From: Acidobacteriota bacterium
Lineage (GTDB): Bacteria; Acidobacteriota; UBA890; WLXD01
Assembly: GCA_965248695.1 (NCBI GenBank)
Contig: CBDFKD010000002.1
Location: forward strand, 1,248,001 to 1,312,000
Length of the DNA stretch: 64,000 bases
Reading direction: 5' to 3'
Position 1 is the first letter of the stretch, and the number at the start of each line of letters is the position of its first letter. A program made the position numbers and the translations under genes. Positions 30,343 to 39,476 of this stretch are shown here, in pieces. The notes under the pieces were generated by a model that searched no databases, had not been told where the DNA came from, and worked only from the letters and a program-made list of their open reading frames with translations.

Positions 30343-31800
30343 TTGCCTGATCGTCGCGCTGTTTGCGTGTGGTTGATTCTCCTGCCCGCCGGTATGTACG
30401 CCAACACATCGAACGCGTCAATGTGGCCCACGGCACAAGAAGCCAAGGAACAGATCTCGCAGGCACTCGAGTCCCGCGGCCAGCGATACGCGGAGATCGC
30501 CCAGCAGATCTGGGAGTTGGCCGAGGTCGGGTACCAGGAGGAACGCAGCTCACAGTTGCTGCAGTGGGAACTGGAGGAATCGGGTTTCGCCGTGCAAGCC
30601 GGCGTCGCCGGTATACCGACCGCGTTTGTCGCCAGCTACGGATCCGCGGAACCGGTGGTTGGAATCCTGGCGGAATTCGACGCGCTGCCCGGACTGTCGC
30701 AGGCCGCCGTGCCCGAGCGTCAGGCGCTGGAGTCAGACGCCGGCCACGCGTGCGGCCATCATCTGTTCGGCACCGCCTCGACCGGGGCGGCGATCGCGGT
30801 GCGCGATTGGCTCGCGGCGACCGGCGCCAGCGGCACCATTCGTCTGTATGGGACTCCGGCGGAGGAGGGCGGTGCCGGCAAGGTCTATATCGCACGGGCG
30901 GGACTATTCGACGATGTCGACGTGGCGCTGCACTGGCACCCCGCCGACCGCAATGACGCCAGCCCCGGTAACAGTCTGGCCAACAAGTCGGCAAAGTTTC
31001 GCTTCCATGGCCAGTCGACGCACGCCGCGGCGGCGCCCGAACGTGGCCGATCGGCGCTCGACGGAGTGGAGGCCATGAACCACATGGTCAACCTGATGCG
31101 CGAGCACGTACCGCAGGAAACACGCATTCATTACGTGATCACACACGGTGGGCGCGCCCCGAATGTGGTACCCGAGTTCGCCGAGGTCTACTACTACGTC
31201 CGTCATCCGGACGTGGCAACCGCCAAGGAGCTTTTCGATCGGGTGGCTCAGGCCGCAGAGGGAGCTGCTCTGGGCACCGGCACCCGGTTGGAGTACGAGA
31301 TCATTCACGGCATTTACAACCTGCTGCCCAACGAGACCCTCGGGCGACTGATGGACTCCAACCTCCGACGGCTCGGCGGGGTCACCTACGACGATCGTGA
31401 GCGCGAGTTCGCCGAGATGATCCGTCCGACTCTCGGTGCCACTGACATCGCCATGGGGTCGGAAGAGGAGATCCAGCCGTTCGAGATCAAGGACGGCGGT
31501 GGCTCGACCGATGTCGGCGACATCAGCTGGCTGGTTCCGACCGCCGGGCTCGATGCCGCGACCTGGGTACCGGGAACCTCGGCGCACTCCTGGCAGGCTG
31601 TCGCGGCGGGCGGCACCAGCATCGGCACCAAGGGCATGTTGCTGGCGGCGGAGACCCTGGCATGGACGGCGGTGGATCTGTTTCTCGACCCGTCTCAGGT
31701 AGCCGCCGCCCGTGAGGAATTAGAGCGCCGGCGCGGCGCGGACTTTGTCTATGAGGCGCTCGTCGGCGACCGTGATCCGCCGCTCGACTACCGTCAGTAG
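30343..31800 (+). CDS. M20 amidohydrolase (AbgB-like p-aminobenzoyl-glutamate hydrolase)
   Basis: AEFDALPG, GHACGHHL, GTPAEEGG, GRSALDGVE, GSTDVGD.SW. Start codon uncertain. Confidence 0.88.
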   Translation: MPDRRAVCVWLILLPAGMYANTSNASMWPTAQEAKEQISQALESRGQRYAEIAQQIWELAEVGYQEERSSQLLQWELEESGFAVQAGVAGIPTAFVASYGSAEPVVGILAEFDALPGLSQAAVPERQALESDAGHACGHHLFGTASTGAAIAVRDWLAATGASGTIRLYGTPAEEGGAGKVYIARAGLFDDVDVALHWHPADRNDASPGNSLANKSAKFRFHGQSTHAAAAPERGRSALDGVEAMNHMVNLMREHVPQETRIHYVITHGGRAPNVVPEFAEVYYYVRHPDVATAKELFDRVAQAAEGAALGTGTRLEYEIIHGIYNLLPNETLGRLMDSNLRRLGGVTYDDREREFAEMIRPTLGATDIAMGSEEEIQPFEIKDGGGSTDVGDISWLVPTAGLDAATWVPGTSAHSWQAVAAGGTSIGTKGMLLAAETLAWTAVDLFLDPSQVAAAREELERRRGADFVYEALVGDRDPPLDYRQ

Positions 31801-31842
31801 CGACGTGCGCACGGCAGGCTCGCCGGGTGACAATGGAGCACA

Positions 31843-33135
31843 TTGTCCCCTGACAACCAGCGCTCGCGAATGAACGGAGCCCAAGCAGGCGCGCGGCGCG
31901 CCGTGATCGCGCTGGCACTGATCAGCGCAGTAGGCCCGAGCTCGGTAGCGGTACCGACGGTGGACAGTGATCGGCTGACCGTCGAGGCATACGCAGCCGG
32001 GCTGCAGGCACCGACCGGTTTCGCGTTTCTGGGCAACGACGACGTGCTCGTGATCGAGAAGAACACCGGCCGCGTTCGGCGCATACGCGATGGCCGGGTT
32101 GGCAACGCCGTCCTCGATCTGCGCGTCAGCACCGCCAGTGAGCGCGGCGGCCTGGGCATCGAGCTCAGCCCCGACTTCGCCGACGACGGCTTGGTGTACA
32201 TCTACTACTCGGCCGCCGTCGCCGGCGACAACAGCGGATGGACGGAGAACCTGGTTGTGCGCTACCGCTGGAACGGCCGTCGCCTAGTGTCGCCAACCGT
32301 GCTGCTGCGATTCTCGAACCGCACTGAACAGGCGAACGGCCCCAACCATGATGGTGGCACGCTGCGCTTCGGCCCCGACGGTTACCTGTACGGCCAGGTG
32401 GGCGACCTGAATCGCGGACGCTTCGACGATCCGCGCATCGAACAGAACACCGGCGACAGCTCCTCGGCCGAGGTGGGCGGAATCTTCCGTGTCGACGGCG
32501 ACGGCAACGTCCCGACCGACAACCCGTTCGCCACCCATGCGGTGGCATCGGTGCGCAAATGGTTCGTCTACGGCGTCCGCAACGGCTTCGGCCTGGCTTT
32601 CGACAGCCTCACGAATCGCCTCTGGTTCACCGAGAACGGCCCCGAAGTGTACGACGAGATCAACATCGCCGAATCCGGCATGAATAGCGGCTGGCTGCCG
32701 CTGATGGGGCCGGATTCCCGAGACGCGCGCTTCGGCGCCAACGGCAACAACGCCTTCGATGCCGCCGATCTGGTGATGCTTCCCGGTTCCGTTTATCGCG
32801 ACCCGATGTTCTCCTGGCTGGATCCTGTGGGCGTGACAGCAATGGTGTTCCTGCGTACCGACACCTTCCCGCGTGCGCTCCGCGACCGTCTGGTGGTGGG
32901 CGACACCAACACCGGCGATCTGTACCTGTTCCGACCGCGCGGCAGAAAACGCAGCGCCCTCAAGCTGGCCGGTGCAGTGCGGGACCGGGTCGCGGACACT
33001 GAGCTGGAACGTCAGATCAACCGCTGGGGAAGCGACTTCGGCATCGTTACCGATATGCGCATCGGGCCTGACGAAAACCTCTACGTGCTCGACCTCACCA
33101 CCGGCACCCTGTGGCGCATTCGCCCCGCCGATTGA
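31843..33135 (+). CDS. PQQ-dependent sugar dehydrogenase (GSDH beta-propeller)
   Basis: ERGGLG, NHDGG.LRFGPDG.LY..VGD, DNPF, YGVRN.FG, ENGP..DEIN. Confidence 0.88.
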   Translation: MSPDNQRSRMNGAQAGARRAVIALALISAVGPSSVAVPTVDSDRLTVEAYAAGLQAPTGFAFLGNDDVLVIEKNTGRVRRIRDGRVGNAVLDLRVSTASERGGLGIELSPDFADDGLVYIYYSAAVAGDNSGWTENLVVRYRWNGRRLVSPTVLLRFSNRTEQANGPNHDGGTLRFGPDGYLYGQVGDLNRGRFDDPRIEQNTGDSSSAEVGGIFRVDGDGNVPTDNPFATHAVASVRKWFVYGVRNGFGLAFDSLTNRLWFTENGPEVYDEINIAESGMNSGWLPLMGPDSRDARFGANGNNAFDAADLVMLPGSVYRDPMFSWLDPVGVTAMVFLRTDTFPRALRDRLVVGDTNTGDLYLFRPRGRKRSALKLAGAVRDRVADTELERQINRWGSDFGIVTDMRIGPDENLYVLDLTTGTLWRIRPAD

Positions 33136-33325
33136 GCCCACCGGGCCGGCTGAGCGACGGCCATGCCGATAATCCGAGCCAAATGCGGCCGGAATACGGT
33201 GAAAGCGATGATCTCCAGGTGGTCCGCGGACGGTACGTGTCGTAGATTCTCCGCAGGAAAAAGTGCCGCTCGCCACAAGTGCGTGATGATTCCGGCCTGT
33301 GCACCGGGCGGGACGAGCAATATCC

Positions 33326-35215
33326 ATGAGCGACTCATCCACCTTCGGGCGCTACACGACAAGCAGGATCCTGGGCCGCGGGGCCATGGGCGTAGTGTAT
33401 GCGGCGGTGGATCCGGTGATCGGTCGCAACGTCGCGCTGAAGATGATCCGCGACGACTACGGCACCACCGAGAGCGCCGAGATCACGTCGCGATTCGAGC
33501 GCGAGTTCCAGACTGCCGGCAAGTTGTCGCACCCCAACATCGTCCCGATCTACGACGTCGGGCGCGAGGGCGATGCCTGGTACATCGCCATGGAGCTGGT
33601 GGAAGGGGTGAGCCTCGAGGACATCCTCGCCGAGGGGCCGACTCCGATCGCCAAGAGCCTCAACATCATTGCCGGCATCGCCGCCGCTCTGGATCACTCG
33701 CACGATCTCGGAGTGGTGCATCGCGACATCAAGCCGGCCAACATCCTGGTAACCACGAGCGGCGTCCCCAAGGTGACCGACTTCGGCGTGGCGAAGCTGT
33801 CTGGCAATACGATGACGGCCGCCGGGAGCATCCTCGGCACCCCGGCATATATGTCGCCGGAGCAGGCACGCGGCGAGATCCTCGCCGGCGCGTCCGACCA
33901 GTTCTCGCTGGCGGTCATGTCCTACCAGCTGCTCACCGGCACGAAGCCCTTCGACGGCGATGCTCCCACCACCGTGATGTTCAAGATCGTCAGCGATGAG
34001 CCGGCAACGCCGAGTTCCCTGAACACGGAGCTGCCAGCGTCGATCGATGCCGTGCTCTTACGCGCCATGCACAAGGAGGCCGAGCACCGATACAGCGGCT
34101 GCGTGCAGTTCGCCGATGCGCTGAGGTCGGCCTGGGGAATGGACACCGACGCCACGGTGGCCTCGGTGGCGCCGGTCGCGGCGCCGAAGACAAAGAAAGC
34201 GTCCGCGATGCCGATGATCGCGGTCGGCGCGGGCCTGGTGGCGGTGTTGGTTTTCGTCGGATGGTTCGCGATGGGCGGCCGCGATTCCGGACCCATCGAC
34301 GCCACCGATACCGGGACCGACACGACGGCAGCGTCGGGAGCGCCGGCCAGCGGACAACCGGCCGCGCCGCAACCGGTCACCGGTGACCCGAGCGCCGATC
34401 CCACAGCCAGCGCGCCCGTCGAGCCCGTGGCGGGAGCGGATGGCGAAGCCGATCTGAGCACCCCGGTGCCAGGCGCCGACGACGACGCCGGCGACGGCGT
34501 GCCCGCCGATGCCGAGCCACAAGCAGCCGAGGTGGCTACGCCCGCGCCGATGGCCGGCGAGCCGTTCACCGTCACCAGCCAACCACCCGGCGCCACCGTG
34601 AGCCTGGACGGAACCGAAGTCGGGTCGACGCCCCACGAGTTTGAGATGCTGCCCGACACTCGCTACACGCTGCAGCTGTCGCTGGATGGCTACACGCCTG
34701 CGGGCTGGGCATTCGCGGCCGACGATCTGAGCGCCGCGCAACGCGCCTCGGCCACACTGCACTTCCCGATGCAGCCCGATGTCGAGCCGGGTACCGTGAC
34801 GGTCGATGCCGACTACCCGGTTTCCGCCACGGCGCGCCCGACCGGCGGAGGACAGACACGGCGGTTCAACGCGTCCACCGTGTTGGAATTGACGCTGCCT
34901 CCCGGATCGTGGGTAGTCACCCTGTCGGCACCTGAGGTGTTCCTGTCCCAGCAGTCGACGGTGAGCGTGGCCAGCGGCGAGACCCGTCGACTCAGTGCCC
35001 CGGCCACGGCCGACGTGCAGGTAGCGGCGGCTCCGGGCAATTGCCGCGTCAGCATCGACGGCCGCTTCGTCGACGCGACGCCGTTTCAGGTACGGCTGAC
35101 CGCCGGAGACCACGAGTTTCTGTTCGAGTGGCCAGCCAGTGGCGATGCGCTCACCGTCAACGAGCGCATCGTCCGCGACGGGCAGCGCGTATTCGCCACC
35201 GCGCCGCAACAGTGA
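33326..35215 (+). CDS. Ser/Thr kinase with TM helix, acidic linker and PEGA domains
   Basis: LGRGAMGVV, HRDIKPAN, DFG, YMSPE; SQPPGATVSLDG..VGSTP PEGA repeats. Confidence 0.92.
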   Translation: MSDSSTFGRYTTSRILGRGAMGVVYAAVDPVIGRNVALKMIRDDYGTTESAEITSRFEREFQTAGKLSHPNIVPIYDVGREGDAWYIAMELVEGVSLEDILAEGPTPIAKSLNIIAGIAAALDHSHDLGVVHRDIKPANILVTTSGVPKVTDFGVAKLSGNTMTAAGSILGTPAYMSPEQARGEILAGASDQFSLAVMSYQLLTGTKPFDGDAPTTVMFKIVSDEPATPSSLNTELPASIDAVLLRAMHKEAEHRYSGCVQFADALRSAWGMDTDATVASVAPVAAPKTKKASAMPMIAVGAGLVAVLVFVGWFAMGGRDSGPIDATDTGTDTTAASGAPASGQPAAPQPVTGDPSADPTASAPVEPVAGADGEADLSTPVPGADDDAGDGVPADAEPQAAEVATPAPMAGEPFTVTSQPPGATVSLDGTEVGSTPHEFEMLPDTRYTLQLSLDGYTPAGWAFAADDLSAAQRASATLHFPMQPDVEPGTVTVDADYPVSATARPTGGGQTRRFNASTVLELTLPPGSWVVTLSAPEVFLSQQSTVSVASGETRRLSAPATADVQVAAAPGNCRVSIDGRFVDATPFQVRLTAGDHEFLFEWPASGDALTVNERIVRDGQRVFATAPQQ

Positions 35216-36717
35216 GCGCCGCCGTTCGAACCTTGGTGGCGCTCGCGCTCATGGCATCGACGGCACCTGCCACGACAGCTCTCGAAGGGAGCCACGCAGC
35301 CGGGCAGGCCGACGTGGCGGTCCAACGGCTGCTGGACCGAGCACAACAGCTGGCAGACGGCGATCCCGAAAGCGCGATCCGCGAGGCCACCGTTCTTGTA
35401 GAGCAGTTCCCGGCCTCCGACCTCGTCGACGAGGCCTTGTTGCTGATCGCCGACAGCCACGCTGCGCTCGACAACCACGCCGCCGCCCGCGAATCCGCCG
35501 AACGCATCATCAACTCGCACCCGCGTACCGCCAGCGCCGCCGCCGCGACAGTGATCGTGGCGCGCTACGACATCGACGCCTCCAGGTCGATGGACCAGTT
35601 GCGGACCGTGCGCGAGGCACTATCGCGCCTGCCGGTGCTGTTCGACGCAGTGACGTTCCCGCGACTAGAGGCACGTGCCGCGGCAATGGTGCTGAGCGGC
35701 GACATCAGCCTGCGTCTGCTGGAAATCGATGTTGCCGAGGGCGAGTTCGCTGCCGCCATGGAGCCCGGGGTCAGCGGCGTGTGGCTGGCGCGCGCCCACG
35801 CCGGGCTCGGGCGGGCCTTGCTTCGGAGCGGCGAGTGGGAGGCGGCAGCGACGCTGCTGCAGCGCAGCGCGGCCGAAATACCGTCGGCGCGCTCACTGCT
35901 GTCGCTGATCCACCGACATCGCCTCGGTCCCACCGCAGCCGCATGGCGACGCTCGCGCACGCTGGTGAGCGCCGGTGGACGGCTCGACGAGCCGATCGGA
36001 ATCGCGGCGTCCGAACAGGGTGACCTGCTGGTCATAGATGAGGGCGGGCCCTTCGGGGCGCGCCTGCGCGCCGATGGCAGCGTCGCAAGTCGACAGAACC
36101 CACTCGCCGGAGCAATGAGGCCGTGGTTCGGTCCTGCCGGCATCGCTTACGTCGTGCTTCGTCGCTCGATTCTGGCGCCGTTCATCCGCGATCGTCAGAC
36201 GTTCACGACGCGTGAGAACGGTCGCTCGCAAGAGATCGACAACATCGTCGCGGCAGCGCATGGCCCCCTCGGCGGGCTCCTGGTGGCGCACGACGACGGC
36301 GACAAGCTGTCCCGCTTTGATCCCAGCGGCGCCTACGTATCGATGCCTCTCGGCAGTCGACGCTTCAAGATCGTCGACATCGATGTCGACTCTCAGGGGC
36401 GCTTCCTGCTTCTCGACCGCCGCAACAAATCCGTTCTCGCCCTGGACCCCGCGGACAATGTCTCGACGCTGGTGAGCGCCTCGGAGTGGGGACGGCCGGA
36501 GGCGCTGGCGCTTGATGCACTGGGCAACGTCTACACGCTCGACCGAGACAGCAAGCGCATCGACGTGTATTCGAGTGCCGGAACGCGCCTGGCGCGCTTC
36601 GGGCCCGGGCTTCCCGGCGGTACAGAGCTGGACGACCCACGAGACCTGGCGGTCGACGGCAGCGGCAACGTCTACGTCGCCGATCGCGGCAACTCCGTGG
36701 TGGTGGTGCTGCAATGA
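35212..36717 (+). CDS. Secreted TPR + NHL-repeat protein
   Basis: GTGA overlap; signal peptide; TPR-like helices (EQFPAS..DEALL); NHL motifs (PRDLAVDGSGNVYVADRGN). Confidence 0.8.
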   Translation: MSAAVRTLVALALMASTAPATTALEGSHAAGQADVAVQRLLDRAQQLADGDPESAIREATVLVEQFPASDLVDEALLLIADSHAALDNHAAARESAERIINSHPRTASAAAATVIVARYDIDASRSMDQLRTVREALSRLPVLFDAVTFPRLEARAAAMVLSGDISLRLLEIDVAEGEFAAAMEPGVSGVWLARAHAGLGRALLRSGEWEAAATLLQRSAAEIPSARSLLSLIHRHRLGPTAAAWRRSRTLVSAGGRLDEPIGIAASEQGDLLVIDEGGPFGARLRADGSVASRQNPLAGAMRPWFGPAGIAYVVLRRSILAPFIRDRQTFTTRENGRSQEIDNIVAAAHGPLGGLLVAHDDGDKLSRFDPSGAYVSMPLGSRRFKIVDIDVDSQGRFLLLDRRNKSVLALDPADNVSTLVSASEWGRPEALALDALGNVYTLDRDSKRIDVYSSAGTRLARFGPGLPGGTELDDPRDLAVDGSGNVYVADRGNSVVVVLQ

Positions 36718-38966
36718 GCTGTTTCAGTAGGCGGCATCGGTGGATCGGCGCGATCCTCGGAGGTATCGAAGGTGGCCGTCCCGCTGCCTGGATACTGTCG
36801 CTGGTGTTCGTGCTCGCTACCGTTGCGTCAGTGCTCCCCGGCGCTCAGGCCAACGCTCGCGAGATCGAGCCTCAAGACCCCGAGACGTCGTCGGCACAGA
36901 CGACCGGTGCGGACCCACTGGCCGAGATCGAGGCAATGCTCGATCGCGGCGTGGCGCTGTTCAACTCTGCCGACCAGCCCGACTCGATCGGTGTGTTCGG
37001 CGAGCTCATCGCGCGAGTCGATGCCCTCGCACCGGGCGTCGACGCGCTGCCCGCTCTGGCGCGCGGGCTGTCGTACCGGGCGCAGGCGCGCTTCAACCTC
37101 GGCGAGGAGGCCGACGCGGACGCCGATATGCGGCGGCTCCTGCAAGTGGCGCCGCGCACACGCCTCGATCCGACCCTCGTTTCGCCCAAGCTCATCGAGC
37201 TGTTTGACGCCCTGCGCGCCGAGATCGTGGGCGAGGTGGCGCTGGTGCTGTATCCAGAGGCAGCGCGCGTCGTTGTCGATGGCCGCGAGATCGAGACTAC
37301 GCTCGAGGCGATCGCCCTTGCCGAGGGCACGCACACACTGAGCGTGCAGATGCTCGGTCATACCGGACATCAGCGGCAGATCGAGATCGCGGCGGGCGAA
37401 ACCCTGACGGTGGATGTAACGCTGGAGCGCTCCAGCGCGATCGTCACGGTACGAACGGACGCGCCCGGTGCCAGTGTCACCGTCGATGGGCGCGCCGTTG
37501 GCGAAACAGTGAGTGCGGATCCAGACGACCCGGCAGCCGCCGGTGGGGCCACGCTCAGCTTTGATGGACTGGACGCTGGTACACACAACATCGAGATCAC
37601 CCGAGAAGGGTACCGGCCTCACAGTGGCCAAATTACTGTCGAGGATCTGGTCGAGTACCGCCTGGATCCGGTTGCCCTACGACGCACGGTGGGCATCGTC
37701 GTGATTCAGCGAATCCCATCAGATGCAGACCTGCGGATCGACGACCGCTCCGTCGATACGTCCGCTGCCGCCGGTGTGCTCGAGGTGGAGCTGGTCCCTG
37801 GCGTTCACACGATATCCATCGACGGCGGTAGCCTGGGATCGTTCAGCACCGATGTCGAGGTCATCGATCGCGACCGTCATGAGGTCGACGTCGAGCTGCG
37901 ACCGTCGGTGTACTTCCTCGGCGTCGTGGGCGACGACGGGGTCGGGCGCGCCACGGTCGTCGAGGCGCTCGAGCCAGTGCTCGCCTCGGGACGGTGGAAC
38001 CAGCTGGCGCTGCCGCCGCTCGACAGCGCCGCGCTCAGCGGGACCGGACTGCAAATCGATGCGCTGCGCACACAGGCAAGGGGGGACGGACCCCGCGGAG
38101 CCCATTGGCGATTCCAGGCGACCCAGCAACAACTCGACGGCCGCACGCCGGCATCGCTGTACGTGTTCGCGGTGCTGTCCGACGACCTGGTCGCTACCCA
38201 CGCCGAGATCTGGACCTTCCCGGGTGGACCGGGGCCGGCGTTCGGCGATCAGATCCGGGTGGCGCTGAACGATAGCGCCAGCATCGCCGCACGCGTCGAC
38301 GCGGAGCTACTCGGCGGGGGCACGACATTCACGCGCCCGTGGCTGGGCGCCGACTTCATCGACAGCTTGACCACGACCGGGGCAGTGGCACTGAGCGTCA
38401 GTCCGACAGGGCCGGCGGCAGCCGCGGGGCTCAGCCCGGGTGACGTGGTGATGGCCGTGGATGGGACGGCGATTTCCAATACCGCCGAGCTGCAACAAGC
38501 GCTCGATAGTCTGGCAATCGGGGCGCGTGTAGAACTTGCCCTGGCCAACGGCAGCGTCTCCGTCTCGCTGGCACGCTCGGCGCAAATCATCGACCCCGAT
38601 TCGGCGCGCTCGCCGTTCGCCAGCGTCCTGATCGCGGTGCGCCAGATGCGTGCCGTCGGCGACGATACAGTGCCTGAGTGGGTGCTGGCGCTGAACGAAG
38701 CGGCTATCCTGCTGCGCGCTGGGGAGTGGGAGCAGGTGGTGCGCCTTCTGCGACCGTTGCAGGTGCCCGAGCGGGCCGGCGTTGGAGCGAGCATGGCGAG
38801 CTACTGGCTCGGCCTGGCGTTGTCGGAGCTCGGATCCGACTATGCCAGCCTCGCCAGCGATTCCTTCGAGCGCGCCGCGGCAGATCGCGACGGGCGCTTG
38901 TTGCACGACGACGGCCCACTGGTGTGGCCGTTGGCCCGAGCCCGGGCGCGCCGGTTGCAGCGCTAG
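36714..38966 (+). CDS. TPR + PEGA + PDZ domain protein
   Basis: ATGA overlap; PGASVTVDG PEGA repeats; PDZ segment WLG...GPAAAAGLSPGDVVMAVDG; terminal TPR-like helices. Confidence 0.78.
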   Translation: MSCFSRRHRWIGAILGGIEGGRPAAWILSLVFVLATVASVLPGAQANAREIEPQDPETSSAQTTGADPLAEIEAMLDRGVALFNSADQPDSIGVFGELIARVDALAPGVDALPALARGLSYRAQARFNLGEEADADADMRRLLQVAPRTRLDPTLVSPKLIELFDALRAEIVGEVALVLYPEAARVVVDGREIETTLEAIALAEGTHTLSVQMLGHTGHQRQIEIAAGETLTVDVTLERSSAIVTVRTDAPGASVTVDGRAVGETVSADPDDPAAAGGATLSFDGLDAGTHNIEITREGYRPHSGQITVEDLVEYRLDPVALRRTVGIVVIQRIPSDADLRIDDRSVDTSAAAGVLEVELVPGVHTISIDGGSLGSFSTDVEVIDRDRHEVDVELRPSVYFLGVVGDDGVGRATVVEALEPVLASGRWNQLALPPLDSAALSGTGLQIDALRTQARGDGPRGAHWRFQATQQQLDGRTPASLYVFAVLSDDLVATHAEIWTFPGGPGPAFGDQIRVALNDSASIAARVDAELLGGGTTFTRPWLGADFIDSLTTTGAVALSVSPTGPAAAAGLSPGDVVMAVDGTAISNTAELQQALDSLAIGARVELALANGSVSVSLARSAQIIDPDSARSPFASVLIAVRQMRAVGDDTVPEWVLALNEAAILLRAGEWEQVVRLLRPLQVPERAGVGASMASYWLGLALSELGSDYASLASDSFERAAADRDGRLLHDDGPLVWPLARARARRLQR

Positions 38967-39040
38967 CTCTCGGAGACGATCCGGATCGATTCTCGTATCG
39001 GTCTAGGGGACTGCCCTTCTTCAGCCACGGATAACTTCGC

Positions 39041-39093
39041 TTGACGTGCGAGGTGGGACCCCACTAGTCTGGTTTCCAGAATATCCGGAAACC
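39041..39093 (+). promoter_or_regulatory. Putative promoter and operator for padR-ADOP
   Basis: TTGACG-N18-TAGTCT, followed by inverted repeat GGTTTCC-N9-GGAAACC. Confidence 0.45.
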
Positions 39094-39137
39094 GGAAGAG
39101 TGAGATTCTTCGCCGCCCGGCAAGAGGAGTCCGACTG

Positions 39138-39476
39138 ATGGGTAATGAAACCCTGCCGCTCACTCCGCGTGTACTGCTGATCCTGTGGGCGCTGGAGTCG
39201 GGACCGCTGCACGGGTACCGATTGCTACAGGAGATCGAGGAGCGCGGCCGCGGGCGAGTATCCATCGGACCGGCGTCGCTCTACGAGTCCATCCAGACAC
39301 TGCGGCAGCGTGGCTGGATCGAGCCGGCCGAGGCGCCCGACGACGCCGACAGCCGGCGACGCTACTTCCAGCTCGCTGCAGCTGGCCGATCGGTTCTAGT
39401 GGCCGAGGCCCGACGTCTGTCCGATCTGGTTGACGATCTGCGGCTCGCCGGCGTGATCGACTCGGGCAAGATCTGA
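39138..39476 (+). CDS. PadR-family transcriptional regulator
   Basis: LILWAL..GPLHGY...GPASLY......GWI...RRRYFQL...GR..L. Confidence 0.9.
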   Translation: MGNETLPLTPRVLLILWALESGPLHGYRLLQEIEERGRGRVSIGPASLYESIQTLRQRGWIEPAEAPDDADSRRRYFQLAAAGRSVLVAEARRLSDLVDDLRLAGVIDSGKI

